The notes: generated from the letters alone by a model not told the origin. Positions 1-10,298 are shown, numbered from the stretch's first letter. The stretch: DNA of 64,000 nucleotides from Candidatus Latescibacterota bacterium (GCA_965222605.1 OZ244960.1:1664001-1728000); one strand, 5' to 3'. A program made the numbers and translations.

Positions 1-4
1 ATGT

Positions 5-202
5 TTAATCTGACTGGCGTACTTCCTCACGACCTTCATACACTGCCAATTCTTCATGTAGGCGTGCAATCATCTTGCGGATACCTGCCTTAGTGAACCC
101 TTTAGAGCCAATCGGGTGGCTTTTCTGTAACCGCGCCAATCGTTCTTCAAGATGACGAATCTCTTCTTGAGCCTTTTGATATTCTGTCAGGTTAGCAATC
201 AT
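5..202 (-). CDS. Small helical hypothetical protein, putative antitoxin partner of the upstream nucleotidyltransferase-like gene
   Basis: 65 aa with coiled-coil-like EYQKAQEEIRHLEERLARL; start overlaps the stop of 199..627 (ATGA). Confidence 0.6.
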   Translation of the reverse strand: MIANLTEYQKAQEEIRHLEERLARLQKSHPIGSKGFTKAGIRKMIARLHEELAVYEGREEVRQSD

Positions 203-627
203 AATTCAATCTCCACAAGTCCTTTGAGACGTCCGTCAACTTCGCGAGTACGGCTGAAGAACGCGACCCAATCATCCCAATCCGTTTCATCTTCGGCTGC
301 GAATATTTCTTCAGGATGGCGTGTTAGGAGCATGTCTTCGAGTTCAAGGGCAGCTTCAATACCTTTTTTGATTTGGTGCTCAAAATCGGGTGGAAGCCAA
401 ATAACAGCATCAATGTCATTGGGCTCATCTTTTGCTGTGACAAAACTCCCATCAATCAACAGCCGAATCGCTCCAACTTGTCTGGCGATTACCACCCAGC
501 GTCTCATCCTGAGAACCAAATACCTGCGCCTCCGGTTCAGTGTTCCGAATCGGAAGGTGGCTTGTGCTTCCGTAGCGAAATGCAATCCTTCGGGCAAGTA
601 ACCGTCAGATCGAAATTTTGGGATCAT
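199..627 (-). CDS. DUF6932-like minimal nucleotidyltransferase-fold protein
   Basis: MIPKF..G.LP.G.H N-terminus and IDGSFVTAKDEPNDIDAV (GS...DxD Pol-beta-type motif). Confidence 0.7.
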   Translation of the reverse strand: MIPKFRSDGYLPEGLHFATEAQATFRFGTLNRRRRYLVLRMRRWVVIARQVGAIRLLIDGSFVTAKDEPNDIDAVIWLPPDFEHQIKKGIEAALELEDMLLTRHPEEIFAAEDETDWDDWVAFFSRTREVDGRLKGLVEIEL

Positions 628-645
628 CTGTTTCCATTGGAAGTT

Positions 646-804
646 TCAGGTGGTTTCATTGACTTCGAGATATTCCTGTATGGCTATCTCAATATTTGCA
701 ATTGCCTCATCTTTCGTATCTCCTTGCGACCAACAGCCTGGCAAGCCAAGCACTGAAATACTATAACCATCTTCGGATTTGTAAAGGGCAATTTTGTATC
801 TCAT
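646..804 (-). CDS. HicB-family antitoxin (short, orphan)
   Basis: 52 aa, GYSISVLGLPGCWSQGDTKDEAIANIEIAI; AGGAGG RBS; TAATG coupling to the upstream gene. Confidence 0.8.
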   Translation of the reverse strand: MRYKIALYKSEDGYSISVLGLPGCWSQGDTKDEAIANIEIAIQEYLEVNETT

Positions 805-2135
805 TAGAACCTCCTTATAGAAGTTATGTTTGTGTTGACACAAACAGCATCATTGATAACATCAAGCACCGCTTTCACCTCACACCACGGAACCTCATGG
901 GGCAACCTATCCGACAGAGCGGCTTTAGCCGCACAAACGCCAGCAGCCTGTCCCATTGCCACGGCGTTTCCAGTCACCCGGTAGCTCGAATGCGCTATAA
1001 AATCACCACTAATACAACGCCCTGCCATCAGCAAGCCATCGACATCCCGCGCGATCAGCGCCCTGAGTGGGATATCATAGGGCTGTGACCGGTGCGGCTT
1101 GGCCTCTACAATCTTTGTTTTCTTTGGGTCAGTCGAATGTACATCAATCCCCATCGTGACCCGGCAGACTGCATCCTCAAACCGCGCACCCCGCAGAAGA
1201 TCCTCCCCCGTCACCTCATACCGTCCGTGAATCCGCCGTCCCTCCCGAATGCCAATCTGCGCGCCCGTTGACACCACGCGCATATCCGACCACACATCGC
1301 CGTACGCCCGCAAAGCAGCCACCTGTGTATGAACCTCTCGACGTGCGCGGATCATCGCCTCTGTAATCGCATTGGCATCATCGCATTTCACGCCATATTG
1401 GTGATTCGCCATCAGCGCGAACAGATTATCCCTGATGCGAAATAATGTCGGGTGACCATACGAAGGCGAAACACCGATCTCGTCCATCAGCGCGAACAGC
1501 CGCTGCTTCGGCTCTGCCATAGACCCACCTACGTAGGGTTCAATCTGATCGAACTGCAACCCCGTAATCAGCGCCATCAGACTCATCGGCTGGACATCCC
1601 CGGTCTCCGGATGACCGACATCAAACCCACATCCGCAAAGCGCCCCCAGATCACCGTCGCCAGTTGTGTCGATAAAAGCCTTCGCATGCCATGCCTCTCG
1701 CCCGCTTTTGGACTCTGTAATCACGACTGAAAGCCTGTTCTCGCTATCCCGCGCTGCCCCGACCACGCGCGTCAACAGCCGAATCTCAACACCCGCCTCG
1801 ACACACATCTCGTCGAGAAGCAACTTCATCTCTTCGACATCATACGCGTAGTTCTTTCCGCCCTGAGCGCGAAGCCTGCGCGCATCTCGCGCGTCGAGCC
1901 GAGACGTGATCTCCGCCATAATGCCGGGCTTGTCTGCCGAATCGATAATCCAACTCAACGCACCCGTCGTCCACACACCCCCCAGGCTACCGTGCAACTC
2001 AATCAGCCGCGTCCTGGCACCCTGCCGCGCACACGCGATCGCAGCGGCAATACCAGCCGGACCACCTCCACAAACCACCACATCCACGTTTTCCACAATC
2101 GGAATGTCTCTTTTTTCTTCTCTATGAGTCAACAC
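804..2135 (-). CDS. FAD-dependent oxidoreductase (FAD_oxidored family)
   Basis: DVVVCGGGPAG, FIDTTGDGDL, GIREGRRI, AGRCISGD motifs; GTG start at 2135 after AAGGAG. Confidence 0.85.
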   Translation of the reverse strand: MLTHREEKRDIPIVENVDVVVCGGGPAGIAAAIACARQGARTRLIELHGSLGGVWTTGALSWIIDSADKPGIMAEITSRLDARDARRLRAQGGKNYAYDVEEMKLLLDEMCVEAGVEIRLLTRVVGAARDSENRLSVVITESKSGREAWHAKAFIDTTGDGDLGALCGCGFDVGHPETGDVQPMSLMALITGLQFDQIEPYVGGSMAEPKQRLFALMDEIGVSPSYGHPTLFRIRDNLFALMANHQYGVKCDDANAITEAMIRARREVHTQVAALRAYGDVWSDMRVVSTGAQIGIREGRRIHGRYEVTGEDLLRGARFEDAVCRVTMGIDVHSTDPKKTKIVEAKPHRSQPYDIPLRALIARDVDGLLMAGRCISGDFIAHSSYRVTGNAVAMGQAAGVCAAKAALSDRLPHEVPWCEVKAVLDVINDAVCVNTNITSIRRF

Positions 2136-2181
2136 GGCCTCTCCTTGACATTCGACATTAGGCACATGCCCAGCCTCCCAT

Positions 2182-4104
2182 TCAGCTACAGTACCTCTCC
2201 AACCACGACAACATCCTATCGAGATATTCCTCGTGCAGTGCCGGGTGGCCGCTCTTCCTGAACCCGTGAGACGATTTCGGAAAGCGCACAAACTCCACCG
2301 TCTTGCCCCGTCGCTTCAGCGCGACAAAAAACTGCTCGGCCTGCTCGATTGGACAGCGGTAATCCTCCTCGCCATGCATCAGCAAAACCGGCGTCTGCAC
2401 CTCAGATACATACGTCAACGGCGATCGCTCCACGAGCGCTTCCACATTCTCCAGAACCGAACCTCCCCACTGATTCTCTCCAAACGACACCCCGATATCC
2501 GACGTACCGTACATACTGTGCAAATTAATACACGGAGCGCCGATCACCGCTGCCTTGAACCGATGATCGTGCCCGACGATCCAGCTACTCATAAAACCGC
2601 CATAGCTGTAGCCGTGAACCCCCAACCGGTCCGCATCCACATAATGCCGCTCGCACAGCAAGTCAACCCCTGCCATCAGATCCAGAAAATCTTCCCCGCC
2701 CCAGTCCCCCAGCACCGCCTTCAGAAAATCTGGCCCGTAAGACGACGACCCCCTCGGATTCACAGCCAGCACAATATATCCCGCGCCCGCCAGAATCTGA
2801 TGTGTGACATCGTACGAATCCGAGAAACGGCCATTTGGTCCGCCGTGAATATCCAACACCAACGGATATGACCTCGCCTCATCAAAATCCTGGGGAAACA
2901 GCACCCGCGCCTGAATCGTCTCGCCCCCCCGCTCAAACACCAGCTTCTCCACACGCGCACCGGGATGAGCCTCCAAAAACTTAGCGTTCACAGCCGTCAC
3001 CGCGCGTTGACGCTTCGCATCCACATCCATCACCACCACATCGCCCGGACAGACAGGCGAAGTCATCACCATAGCGACACACGCGCCCGCGCGGTCAACC
3101 GACAAACCCGTACAAACCTGACCACCCCCATCCACAAACTCGGTCTGCAAAGAAGAGTTATCGGGATTCACCCGACACAAAAACGACTCCCCCGCCCTGT
3201 CACCGATAAACAATATCCCACCCCTCGGCGTCCAGCACCGCGGCGCAAGAGGTTGCACAACCGTATAAACATCACCCGCCACGCACACCGGCGCCTCGTC
3301 TTCCTCGAGCACAAACAGCCACGACTGCCTTGAATCCCACACATCCGCGTCATGCGACCCCGCAACCACCAACCGCATTCCATCCGGCGACCACGCCACA
3401 CACTCCGCGCGGCTCAACCCCCGCGACCAGCACCGCGACCTCCCGCCCGCCTTTTCCATCACATGGACCTCTGAACCCCGCACAAAATCGCGCCCCTCAA
3501 CGCAATCTGTCACAAATGCAATACGACTCCCATCCGGCGACCACGCCGGCGCCTCGTGATTGCCTTCCTCCTCCGTAATCTGCTCCGCCTCGCCCGTTAC
3601 AGCATCCACCAGAAACAATTGCGAAAATGCATCGCCTCGCCAGCCATCCCCGTCATCGCGATACCGCACGCGACGGGCGACCTGCGTCCTTGGCACCTTC
3701 TCCTCGCCTTCTTCCACGCGATCTGGATCCACACGCGACACAACGACAAACTCCGAACCATCTGGCGACCACGCCATGTCTCTCACACCATCGGGAAGCG
3801 TCGTCACCTGTCTCGTATCCCCGCCATCAACCGGCATCACCCAGACCTGCTTCTTATCATCCTCTCCCGAACGCAAAAAAGCCAGGGTCTTCCCATCTGC
3901 CGAGAGCCTGGGTGCCGTATCCCCGGTCGCCATATCCACAGCATCCTCATCCGCAAGCGACTGCACCACAATCCGCGACTCTCGCTTCATCGTCTCCTTG
4001 TTGATCTCCTGCCGCACGAAAACCACAGCCGACCCATCCGCCGCGATCTCCACTGCAGATACTTCGATCAAATTGTATGTATGCTCGGGTTTAATTGGCG
4101 ACAT
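2182..4104 (-). CDS. S9 family peptidase (acylaminoacyl/dipeptidyl peptidase)
   Basis: WSPDG propeller repeats, IHGGP, GYSYGG nucleophile, HGEEDYRC, SSHG. Confidence 0.92.
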   Translation of the reverse strand: MSPIKPEHTYNLIEVSAVEIAADGSAVVFVRQEINKETMKRESRIVVQSLADEDAVDMATGDTAPRLSADGKTLAFLRSGEDDKKQVWVMPVDGGDTRQVTTLPDGVRDMAWSPDGSEFVVVSRVDPDRVEEGEEKVPRTQVARRVRYRDDGDGWRGDAFSQLFLVDAVTGEAEQITEEEGNHEAPAWSPDGSRIAFVTDCVEGRDFVRGSEVHVMEKAGGRSRCWSRGLSRAECVAWSPDGMRLVVAGSHDADVWDSRQSWLFVLEEDEAPVCVAGDVYTVVQPLAPRCWTPRGGILFIGDRAGESFLCRVNPDNSSLQTEFVDGGGQVCTGLSVDRAGACVAMVMTSPVCPGDVVVMDVDAKRQRAVTAVNAKFLEAHPGARVEKLVFERGGETIQARVLFPQDFDEARSYPLVLDIHGGPNGRFSDSYDVTHQILAGAGYIVLAVNPRGSSSYGPDFLKAVLGDWGGEDFLDLMAGVDLLCERHYVDADRLGVHGYSYGGFMSSWIVGHDHRFKAAVIGAPCINLHSMYGTSDIGVSFGENQWGGSVLENVEALVERSPLTYVSEVQTPVLLMHGEEDYRCPIEQAEQFFVALKRRGKTVEFVRFPKSSHGFRKSGHPALHEEYLDRMLSWLERYCS

Positions 4105-4106
4105 AT

Positions 4107-5252
4107 CTATCTCCCACGCGACGTATAAACGCGACCGCCCTTGATGACCGCAACCGGCACCAGATTCCGCCGACCTGTCCGAACTTCTCCGCGCGAATCC
4201 TCAAGCCGAAACTCTCCTTCTCGCAACTCAAACACGACGGCATCTCCAAACGCCCCCTTCGCCAGCGTCCCCACCTCGCCCTTCATTCCAATGACCTCGG
4301 ACGGCACAGAAGTCACGCGCGAGATCGCCTCTTCCATCGACAGACCCAGGTGCAGAAACTTTGTCACTACAGATGCAAGATCGTAAACAGGACCATTTAC
4401 ATTGTAAATATGCAGATCCGATGAAATCGTATTTGGCAGAACATCCTGCGACATCGCCGCCTCGACAATCTCCCACGAAAAAGACCCCGCCCCGTGTCCC
4501 ACATCGAACACAACGCCCCGCTCAATCGCGTCCAGAACCGAATCGCGGATGCGGCCTTCGCCATCGAGAATCCCGCACGGAAAATCGTGAAAACAATGCG
4601 TTAAAATATCTCCGCCTTTCATCACCTTCAAAATATCGTCAATCGAATCGCACCACGCATCCTGCGGATGCACCATAATGGGCAACCCAGCCGCGTCTGC
4701 CGCCTCTCTCGCTCTGTGTAGAGGCAACATCCCGGACCGCTCGCTGACGATGCTATTCCTCGTCAATCGGACCTTCACCCCGAGAACAATGTCGCGGTGC
4801 TGTTCAATCATACGGCACGCCTTATCGACATCCGCGTATTCGGGAATCTCGAACTCGCCAATCTCAGCAGTCAGCATACCCTGCGACGAGATATTCATCT
4901 GCGCCAGAATCCGCGTCTCACTCACATCGATCACGTACTTTCGGAATCCCGGAAAAATGTCTGCGCCAGCAGATCCCGCATCGACCACAGTCGTCGCGCC
5001 TCGGGCAAGACATGTGGGATCGGGTTCGATGCCGAAATGGCTGACGCCGGCAAACACATGGACGTGAATATCGATCAACCCCGGCGTCACCACACAACCC
5101 GTCGCGTCAATCACCTCGCGGGCATCGCCCTTATCCAGATCTTCCCCAACAGCAGCAACCCTGCCCTCCGCGAACGCCACATCCCGCACGCCGCTGAGAC
5201 CTTCTGCCGGATCGACCAGCGTCCCTCCCTTGATGAGCAAATCGTACCTCAT
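4107..5252 (-). CDS. Amidohydrolase/deacetylase family metallohydrolase (dihydroorotase-like)
   Basis: PGLIDIHVH, TTVVDAGSAG, FDVGHGAGSF, ISSDLH. Confidence 0.88.
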   Translation of the reverse strand: MRYDLLIKGGTLVDPAEGLSGVRDVAFAEGRVAAVGEDLDKGDAREVIDATGCVVTPGLIDIHVHVFAGVSHFGIEPDPTCLARGATTVVDAGSAGADIFPGFRKYVIDVSETRILAQMNISSQGMLTAEIGEFEIPEYADVDKACRMIEQHRDIVLGVKVRLTRNSIVSERSGMLPLHRAREAADAAGLPIMVHPQDAWCDSIDDILKVMKGGDILTHCFHDFPCGILDGEGRIRDSVLDAIERGVVFDVGHGAGSFSWEIVEAAMSQDVLPNTISSDLHIYNVNGPVYDLASVVTKFLHLGLSMEEAISRVTSVPSEVIGMKGEVGTLAKGAFGDAVVFELREGEFRLEDSRGEVRTGRRNLVPVAVIKGGRVYTSRGR

Positions 5253-5289
5253 CGCAAACTCCCTTCTCTTGAGAACTGTCCTACTACAC

Positions 5290-6072
5290 TCACCCGGCGT
5301 GTACACGCGGCATAATCAGGCGGCGGTTGCGCGCCAGAGGCAAACCGGCAAAAGCGCAGCGGTTATTCCACTGATCTACAGCCGCGGCACTTTTGTATTC
5401 ATTGATAATGGCGTGGCGGCCCCTCTGAGTGTAGTTGTGCCCAGCCCGGTGTACGGCCAATACGTGAATAATCGCCACATCGCCGGGTTGCGCGCTCAAA
5501 ACGACCGGACGTTCGGGAGCAATCAATTCATCTGCAATTGAGTGACCCTTGTAAGTGGGAAACTCACCCTCTCGATGGGAACCGGGCACGACCTCAGTGG
5601 CCCCGGCTTCAAAATCAGTGGGATCGAGGTACGTAATAGCCGCGGCCAAATCTGGAATCGTGTGACGCTCGTACGGCCAATCCTGATGCCAGCTCTGCTC
5701 GCAGAAAAATCCAGGCGGTTTATTGCGGATCTTCCCATTGTGAAAATCGAGATCAGGCCCCAAAAGATCGACCATAACCGAGACAATGCGCGGCTCGGTA
5801 AACTGATCAAACCAATAATCATCAGCCAGCGTCTGATCCATCATACCCACCACATTCTTCGGATTAAAAGGATCGGGCTGATACCCCTCGGGCACCTCCA
5901 TAAAACTGTAGCGCATATTTTGGGGGCGTCCTTCAGTGCGAGTGACCAGATCGTGGAAACGGCGGCGCATCTCCTCCATTTCCCGGGAACTGTAAAAACT
6001 CTCCAAAAGAAGGAACCCATCGTCGTCAAACGCGCGCTTCTGCTCTGGTGTCAAAATTAAAAGGTCGGACAT
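5290..6072 (-). CDS. Phytanoyl-CoA dioxygenase (PhyH) family Fe/2OG dioxygenase
   Basis: F..DGFL, WHQD, VVPGSH, VHRAG.N..R; canonical HxD...H triad. Confidence 0.88.
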   Translation of the reverse strand: MSDLLILTPEQKRAFDDDGFLLLESFYSSREMEEMRRRFHDLVTRTEGRPQNMRYSFMEVPEGYQPDPFNPKNVVGMMDQTLADDYWFDQFTEPRIVSVMVDLLGPDLDFHNGKIRNKPPGFFCEQSWHQDWPYERHTIPDLAAAITYLDPTDFEAGATEVVPGSHREGEFPTYKGHSIADELIAPERPVVLSAQPGDVAIIHVLAVHRAGHNYTQRGRHAIINEYKSAAAVDQWNNRCAFAGLPLARNRRLIMPRVHAG

Positions 6073-6125
6073 AACACAATCCTCCTACAGAATAAGCAAG
6101 GCCAACGTGATGAACAGGTGTTTTG

Positions 6126-7106
6126 TCAATGGGGATGGGATATTTCCTGGAAAACAGGCAGCAAATAGGCGATAGCAACACTCACGATCAGACCAAAAGT
6201 GATCTTTGCAAAGTCGGAAAGCACCAGACGCGACACCTCCCGGTGGCTGCGATGCTTCTCATTCCAAACAATGGCAATCTCGCGTCCAGCCAACAGCCCG
6301 ACAAAAACCCAGGTCGTGCTCATCGGGAGGTGGCTGACCTCCTTGAACAGGAACAATACAATGCCGTAGATCAAATCTACGAATGTCGCCGAACGGATAT
6401 CCGTGGTATTCGTCTTCGTCAACACCACCTTCTGGATCGCACCGCCATGCGTGTAAAAGATAATGGCTTGCATAGCCAGCATGGCGACGATGGATGCAAT
6501 GAACCATCCCACGGCCAGTTCTGGTATGCGAGTGACCGGGTCGCGCGGCAGAAAAACATAGATATTGGCCAGATCCTGTATCAGCCACTGGCTCCAGAGA
6601 AAACCGGTTGAGCACCACTGCGCTACCACCCACCAGGGGTTTGTCGGTCCATCCGTTTGCCTGAAGCGGGACTCGATCCCCCGCGTAACCAGCCTGTAAA
6701 TGAAGATGGCGGCCACAAAGGCGGTCGCATACCCCGCCAACGACTTGATTAGCATGCTCGGCAGTGCTTTAGGTGCAAACACCGTCAGAGTCAGAAAGGT
6801 GGTGCTAACCGGGATACCCCCGCGTGTCAGCAAGAGCAAGACAAAAGCCGGGACGCAGTAAACCCAGTTAAAGTGGTCTGGAACTGGAATCGCTTGCAGT
6901 CTGCTATAAGAGACATCGCTATCATAGACCACCCATCCATACATGAGGACCACTGTCAGGATGCCGCCAGCAAAGAGCCATAGCACCCACCAGGGACGGT
7001 GAGAGTTGGAACTGAGAAACGTCCCCAGCGTCTGAATTGCGTCGTTGCCGACAATGGAATACGCGCCGAGCAAGAACCCGACGACCATTAAAACTTCCTG
7101 ACTCAT
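6126..7106 (-). CDS. PiT-like inorganic phosphate/anion transporter
   Basis: Multi-TM protein; GNDAIQ and QDLAN resemble the duplicated GANDxAN signature; PVSTT/PMSTT repeats. Confidence 0.65.
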   Translation of the reverse strand: MSQEVLMVVGFLLGAYSIVGNDAIQTLGTFLSSNSHRPWWVLWLFAGGILTVVLMYGWVVYDSDVSYSRLQAIPVPDHFNWVYCVPAFVLLLLTRGGIPVSTTFLTLTVFAPKALPSMLIKSLAGYATAFVAAIFIYRLVTRGIESRFRQTDGPTNPWWVVAQWCSTGFLWSQWLIQDLANIYVFLPRDPVTRIPELAVGWFIASIVAMLAMQAIIFYTHGGAIQKVVLTKTNTTDIRSATFVDLIYGIVLFLFKEVSHLPMSTTWVFVGLLAGREIAIVWNEKHRSHREVSRLVLSDFAKITFGLIVSVAIAYLLPVFQEISHPH

Positions 7107-7192
7107 AGTGAACCCTTCCTGTAAGGTCGTGTCAAATGTCCATTACCCGAGTCATGGCAGACATTCAACAAACGGTTGCGATGATAACGATA

Positions 7193-8662
7193 TCACGCAA
7201 TCGAAAGATCAAATATAGCATGCGACTGATCGGGTGCAGCAGTAAATATGACGTTCGCCGTGGTCTCTATGATCTCAACGGCTCGCTGCGCGATATCCGT
7301 CTCGATCCCAATCTCCATTCCATCCAGACGCCATACACCCCCTTCGAACACAGCCGCATCGGCTCCAGGCGAAAAAATCTCGAACGCAAACTCTCGCGGG
7401 TGTGCGGCCTCTGTCTGCTGTTCATCTCTGATCTCAGCCTCAATCGACAGACGGCCCTTTTCCGCCTTCGCCGCAATCTGTCCAATATGCCGCAACGCGA
7501 GCCAGCCGGTCTCTCCATCTGACCTGCGCCAGTGGATCGTCGCCGGATGGTACTGGAAGCTGCGACCAGAATAGCCACCCGAATCTTCTGCCCCGATCAT
7601 GTAATGCTCATCCAACCACGCAGTTGCAACGCGCTCAGCCGTGATCTGTTTCTCGACACTTCGTGGACCTTCAAACGTCGAGAAGGCAACAGCGATCTCT
7701 GGCGGAGCATCAACCCCGAGAATCGCAAGACACGGTCCATAGTTGAACTCGGAATTGATCTCCTCTCCACTCGGAAACGGGGTCACCTCACGGCCAAACG
7801 CGAGCCAGATATGCAAACTCGTAAGCGCGGTATAGTGCTTCATATCCATCCCATAGCTGCGCGAAAAAGGCCCGCACAGATTGCCCAACCCCGCGTGGTA
7901 ATAGCGCGCAATATCCCGCCAGAGTTCTGCCTCCATGTACGCGCCCAGTTCGTGGAGCGAACTATTCTCCAGGTAGCGTCGCCAGAAGCCAAGTGCGTAA
8001 AGGTTGACGCCGTAGTACGTCGGTGAGTTGTACTCGGCGAAGGCATTGTTCTGTGCGAACAAACGATGGACCTCACCGCCAAACTCTTCACCGTATAAAA
8101 CCATCTCATCGTTTCCGATTCGCTTCCCAACCCACACGGCCATCGCAGCCTTCATCAAAGCGATATTCGAATACGTCGGCGGACAGCGATCCGGCGGCTC
8201 GCCCACCACAGCCATCTCCAAAGACCGGATCATTCGATCGATCAGTCGCTGGGGCAACCGATCCCCGTACTCCTCGAGCGCAGTCGCAAACCCAAGCCCG
8301 ATAAACTGTCGCCAGTTCGGATCGTAAGCTCGCCACATCACGGCATCACCCTCTGACGGATGCGGCTCGCCCACATACCGATAGAAAGTACCGTGGTATG
8401 GCGTCCCTGGCTCGTCGAACTGATTGTCGATAATCGCGTCAATTGTGCGACACGCTTGCTCAACATCGTCACCCCGATTGCGAAGAAGAAGCCCCACCGC
8501 AAACCAGACCGAATTTCGAACCATTAGCACTGCATCATTCTGGCGGTGAGACCACAACAACGCGCTCTCGGGATCCCAGAATCCCTCTGACCATTCGAGC
8601 GACTCCGTTGCGAGATGCCTTGCATGAGGCGACAGATCGTATAAAGAAATTCCTTCAGACAT
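7193..8662 (-). CDS. Conserved-looking hypothetical protein (helical N-domain plus beta-rich C-domain)
   Basis: 489 aa ORF; motifs DPNWRQF, EYNSPTYYG, GPFSRSYG. Confidence 0.6.
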   Translation of the reverse strand: MSEGISLYDLSPHARHLATESLEWSEGFWDPESALLWSHRQNDAVLMVRNSVWFAVGLLLRNRGDDVEQACRTIDAIIDNQFDEPGTPYHGTFYRYVGEPHPSEGDAVMWRAYDPNWRQFIGLGFATALEEYGDRLPQRLIDRMIRSLEMAVVGEPPDRCPPTYSNIALMKAAMAVWVGKRIGNDEMVLYGEEFGGEVHRLFAQNNAFAEYNSPTYYGVNLYALGFWRRYLENSSLHELGAYMEAELWRDIARYYHAGLGNLCGPFSRSYGMDMKHYTALTSLHIWLAFGREVTPFPSGEEINSEFNYGPCLAILGVDAPPEIAVAFSTFEGPRSVEKQITAERVATAWLDEHYMIGAEDSGGYSGRSFQYHPATIHWRRSDGETGWLALRHIGQIAAKAEKGRLSIEAEIRDEQQTEAAHPREFAFEIFSPGADAAVFEGGVWRLDGMEIGIETDIAQRAVEIIETTANVIFTAAPDQSHAIFDLSIA

Positions 8663-8749
8663 CGCGTGTTCCCGGGTTCAAATTTGAGTGCTTCATAATA
8701 TACACTTTCATTGCAAATCCTTTACCGAAAAATTTCCGTTAAAAATGGG

Positions 8750-9454
8750 CTACGACCGCGCCTTGTATTGCCGCAACGCTTCGGCAATGCGTATGAAGCG
8801 CGTATCTTCGGGAAACTGCTCGAGCCACTCCATCAATGTCTTGTTATCCTCTGTAAACTTCGCATCGGGATCGGCGCCGCCCTCCAAAAGCAACTCTACC
8901 GTATCGAGGTGCCCGTGCCCACCCGCGCAATACAAAACCGTATGCCCGCGATCATTTGTGACATTGATATCTGCGCCATGCGCGATCAACAGATGCACGA
9001 TTTCCGTATCGCCATTGCGTGCTGCGTGATGAATAGGCTGATCGCCGCGCCCATCTGTCGCCGTCGCCAGATGGGGATGCCTGTTGAGCAATGCTTGCAC
9101 CCGTGCTACATCCGCGAGAAAAACAGCCCCCAGAAACTGCCGCGACAAATCATCAGCCGGACGAACATGGGGATCCAGAGCACCGTATTGAATAAGCAGC
9201 GAAACAATATTTTTATTATTTGGAACCTCGCCAGCATAGTGCAACACATAGCCATCATGAGCCGCCAGATCGGCACCCGCCTCAATAAGCAGTCGCACAA
9301 CATCCTCACGTCGCCAAAGTCCCGCATGAAAAATTGGCCGCCATCCGTATTCATCATCTGCGTCAACCACAGCGGGATCGGCTGCAATCATTTCGCGCAC
9401 AGCCCCGATATCCCCCCGTCTGCATGCCTCGTGAATTGTCGATATATCACTCAT
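8750..9454 (-). CDS. Ankyrin repeat protein
   Basis: GDQPIHHAARNGDTEIVHLLIAHGADIN, GHTVLYCAGGHGHLDTVELLLEGGADP. Confidence 0.92.
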   Translation of the reverse strand: MSDISTIHEACRRGDIGAVREMIAADPAVVDADDEYGWRPIFHAGLWRREDVVRLLIEAGADLAAHDGYVLHYAGEVPNNKNIVSLLIQYGALDPHVRPADDLSRQFLGAVFLADVARVQALLNRHPHLATATDGRGDQPIHHAARNGDTEIVHLLIAHGADINVTNDRGHTVLYCAGGHGHLDTVELLLEGGADPDAKFTEDNKTLMEWLEQFPEDTRFIRIAEALRQYKARS

Positions 9455-9610
9455 CGTTTACCTTTCTCGTCTTCTCAAAAATGCCTCGAATTCATTCATA
9501 TTGGTCACCCCTTCTTCTAAAACAGCCCGATAAATATCTTGACTTGTAAAGGACCGGCGATAGGCAGGATCTTGCCAGCATCGCGACTTAATCCTGAGGA
9601 TACTCAGACG

Positions 9611-10219
9611 TTAAAATCGGCGGCGAGCAATAACAGAATGAAAACAAATACCATCTCGGGGTTCTAATCTGCGATAGTATTCCAACCTGAATGACTTCTG
9701 CAGCACTTTCAGAAGTGTCTCTGTCCTTCTCAAAGAGAAAAACCGCTTTGGTTCGTACGTATCTCGCTCCAAAATGCCCTCGAAATCATCGCCACCCCAC
9801 ACGCCAACATACATCAACCCATCCTCCACGAGCCGCGCTGCAATCAAATCGAAAATCTCATCTATATCTGCCTGCGGAATATGGAGCAGGCAATTCATGG
9901 AATAAACCGCATCAAAAGTCTCGCTCATCTGATCGAGATTATAGCAATCCAAAACGCGAGCGGAAATACCCTTTTCTCTCGTCAGCTTTACCATCGCAGG
10001 CGCATTGTCAACTGCAAAAACCTGGAAACCCTGCTCTTGAAAAAACCGTGCATCATGGCCGGGTCCACATCCCAGTTCCAGAATCGAACTTCGCTGTTCG
10101 TTTCTCAAGCACTTCAAAAACGCGCTTCTCTCTCGCGCCTTAAACTCATCTGGAGAACTATGCTCCCTCTCCAGAGCATGCTTTTCATACGAGGCAATCA
10201 GGCTATTGGTGAACTTCAT
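9611..10219 (-). CDS. Class I SAM-dependent methyltransferase
   Basis: ILELGCGPG motif I, FDAVYSMNCLLH. Confidence 0.88.
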   Translation of the reverse strand: MKFTNSLIASYEKHALEREHSSPDEFKARERSAFLKCLRNEQRSSILELGCGPGHDARFFQEQGFQVFAVDNAPAMVKLTREKGISARVLDCYNLDQMSETFDAVYSMNCLLHIPQADIDEIFDLIAARLVEDGLMYVGVWGGDDFEGILERDTYEPKRFFSLRRTETLLKVLQKSFRLEYYRRLEPRDGICFHSVIARRRF

Positions 10220-10269
10220 GAAAGCCTCCTCAAAATGGATTGGCAGATAGGAAATAAGAGCATTGATTC

Positions 10270-10298
10270 TTGATTTTCAGTCACAGCCTTCTTATTAT
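10270..10298 (+). promoter_or_regulatory. Putative sigma-70 promoter
   Basis: TTGATT-N17-TATTAT upstream of the glutamine synthetase-like gene. Confidence 0.5.

Noticed and set aside
2136-2291. N-terminal extension of the FAD oxidoreductase overlapping the S9 peptidase
   Set aside because: An RBS and GTG at 2135 precede the conserved domain; the extension looks non-coding
7107-7192. Pho box upstream of the PiT-like transporter
   Set aside because: Only one CTGCCAT-like half-site; no convincing 11-bp periodic repeat
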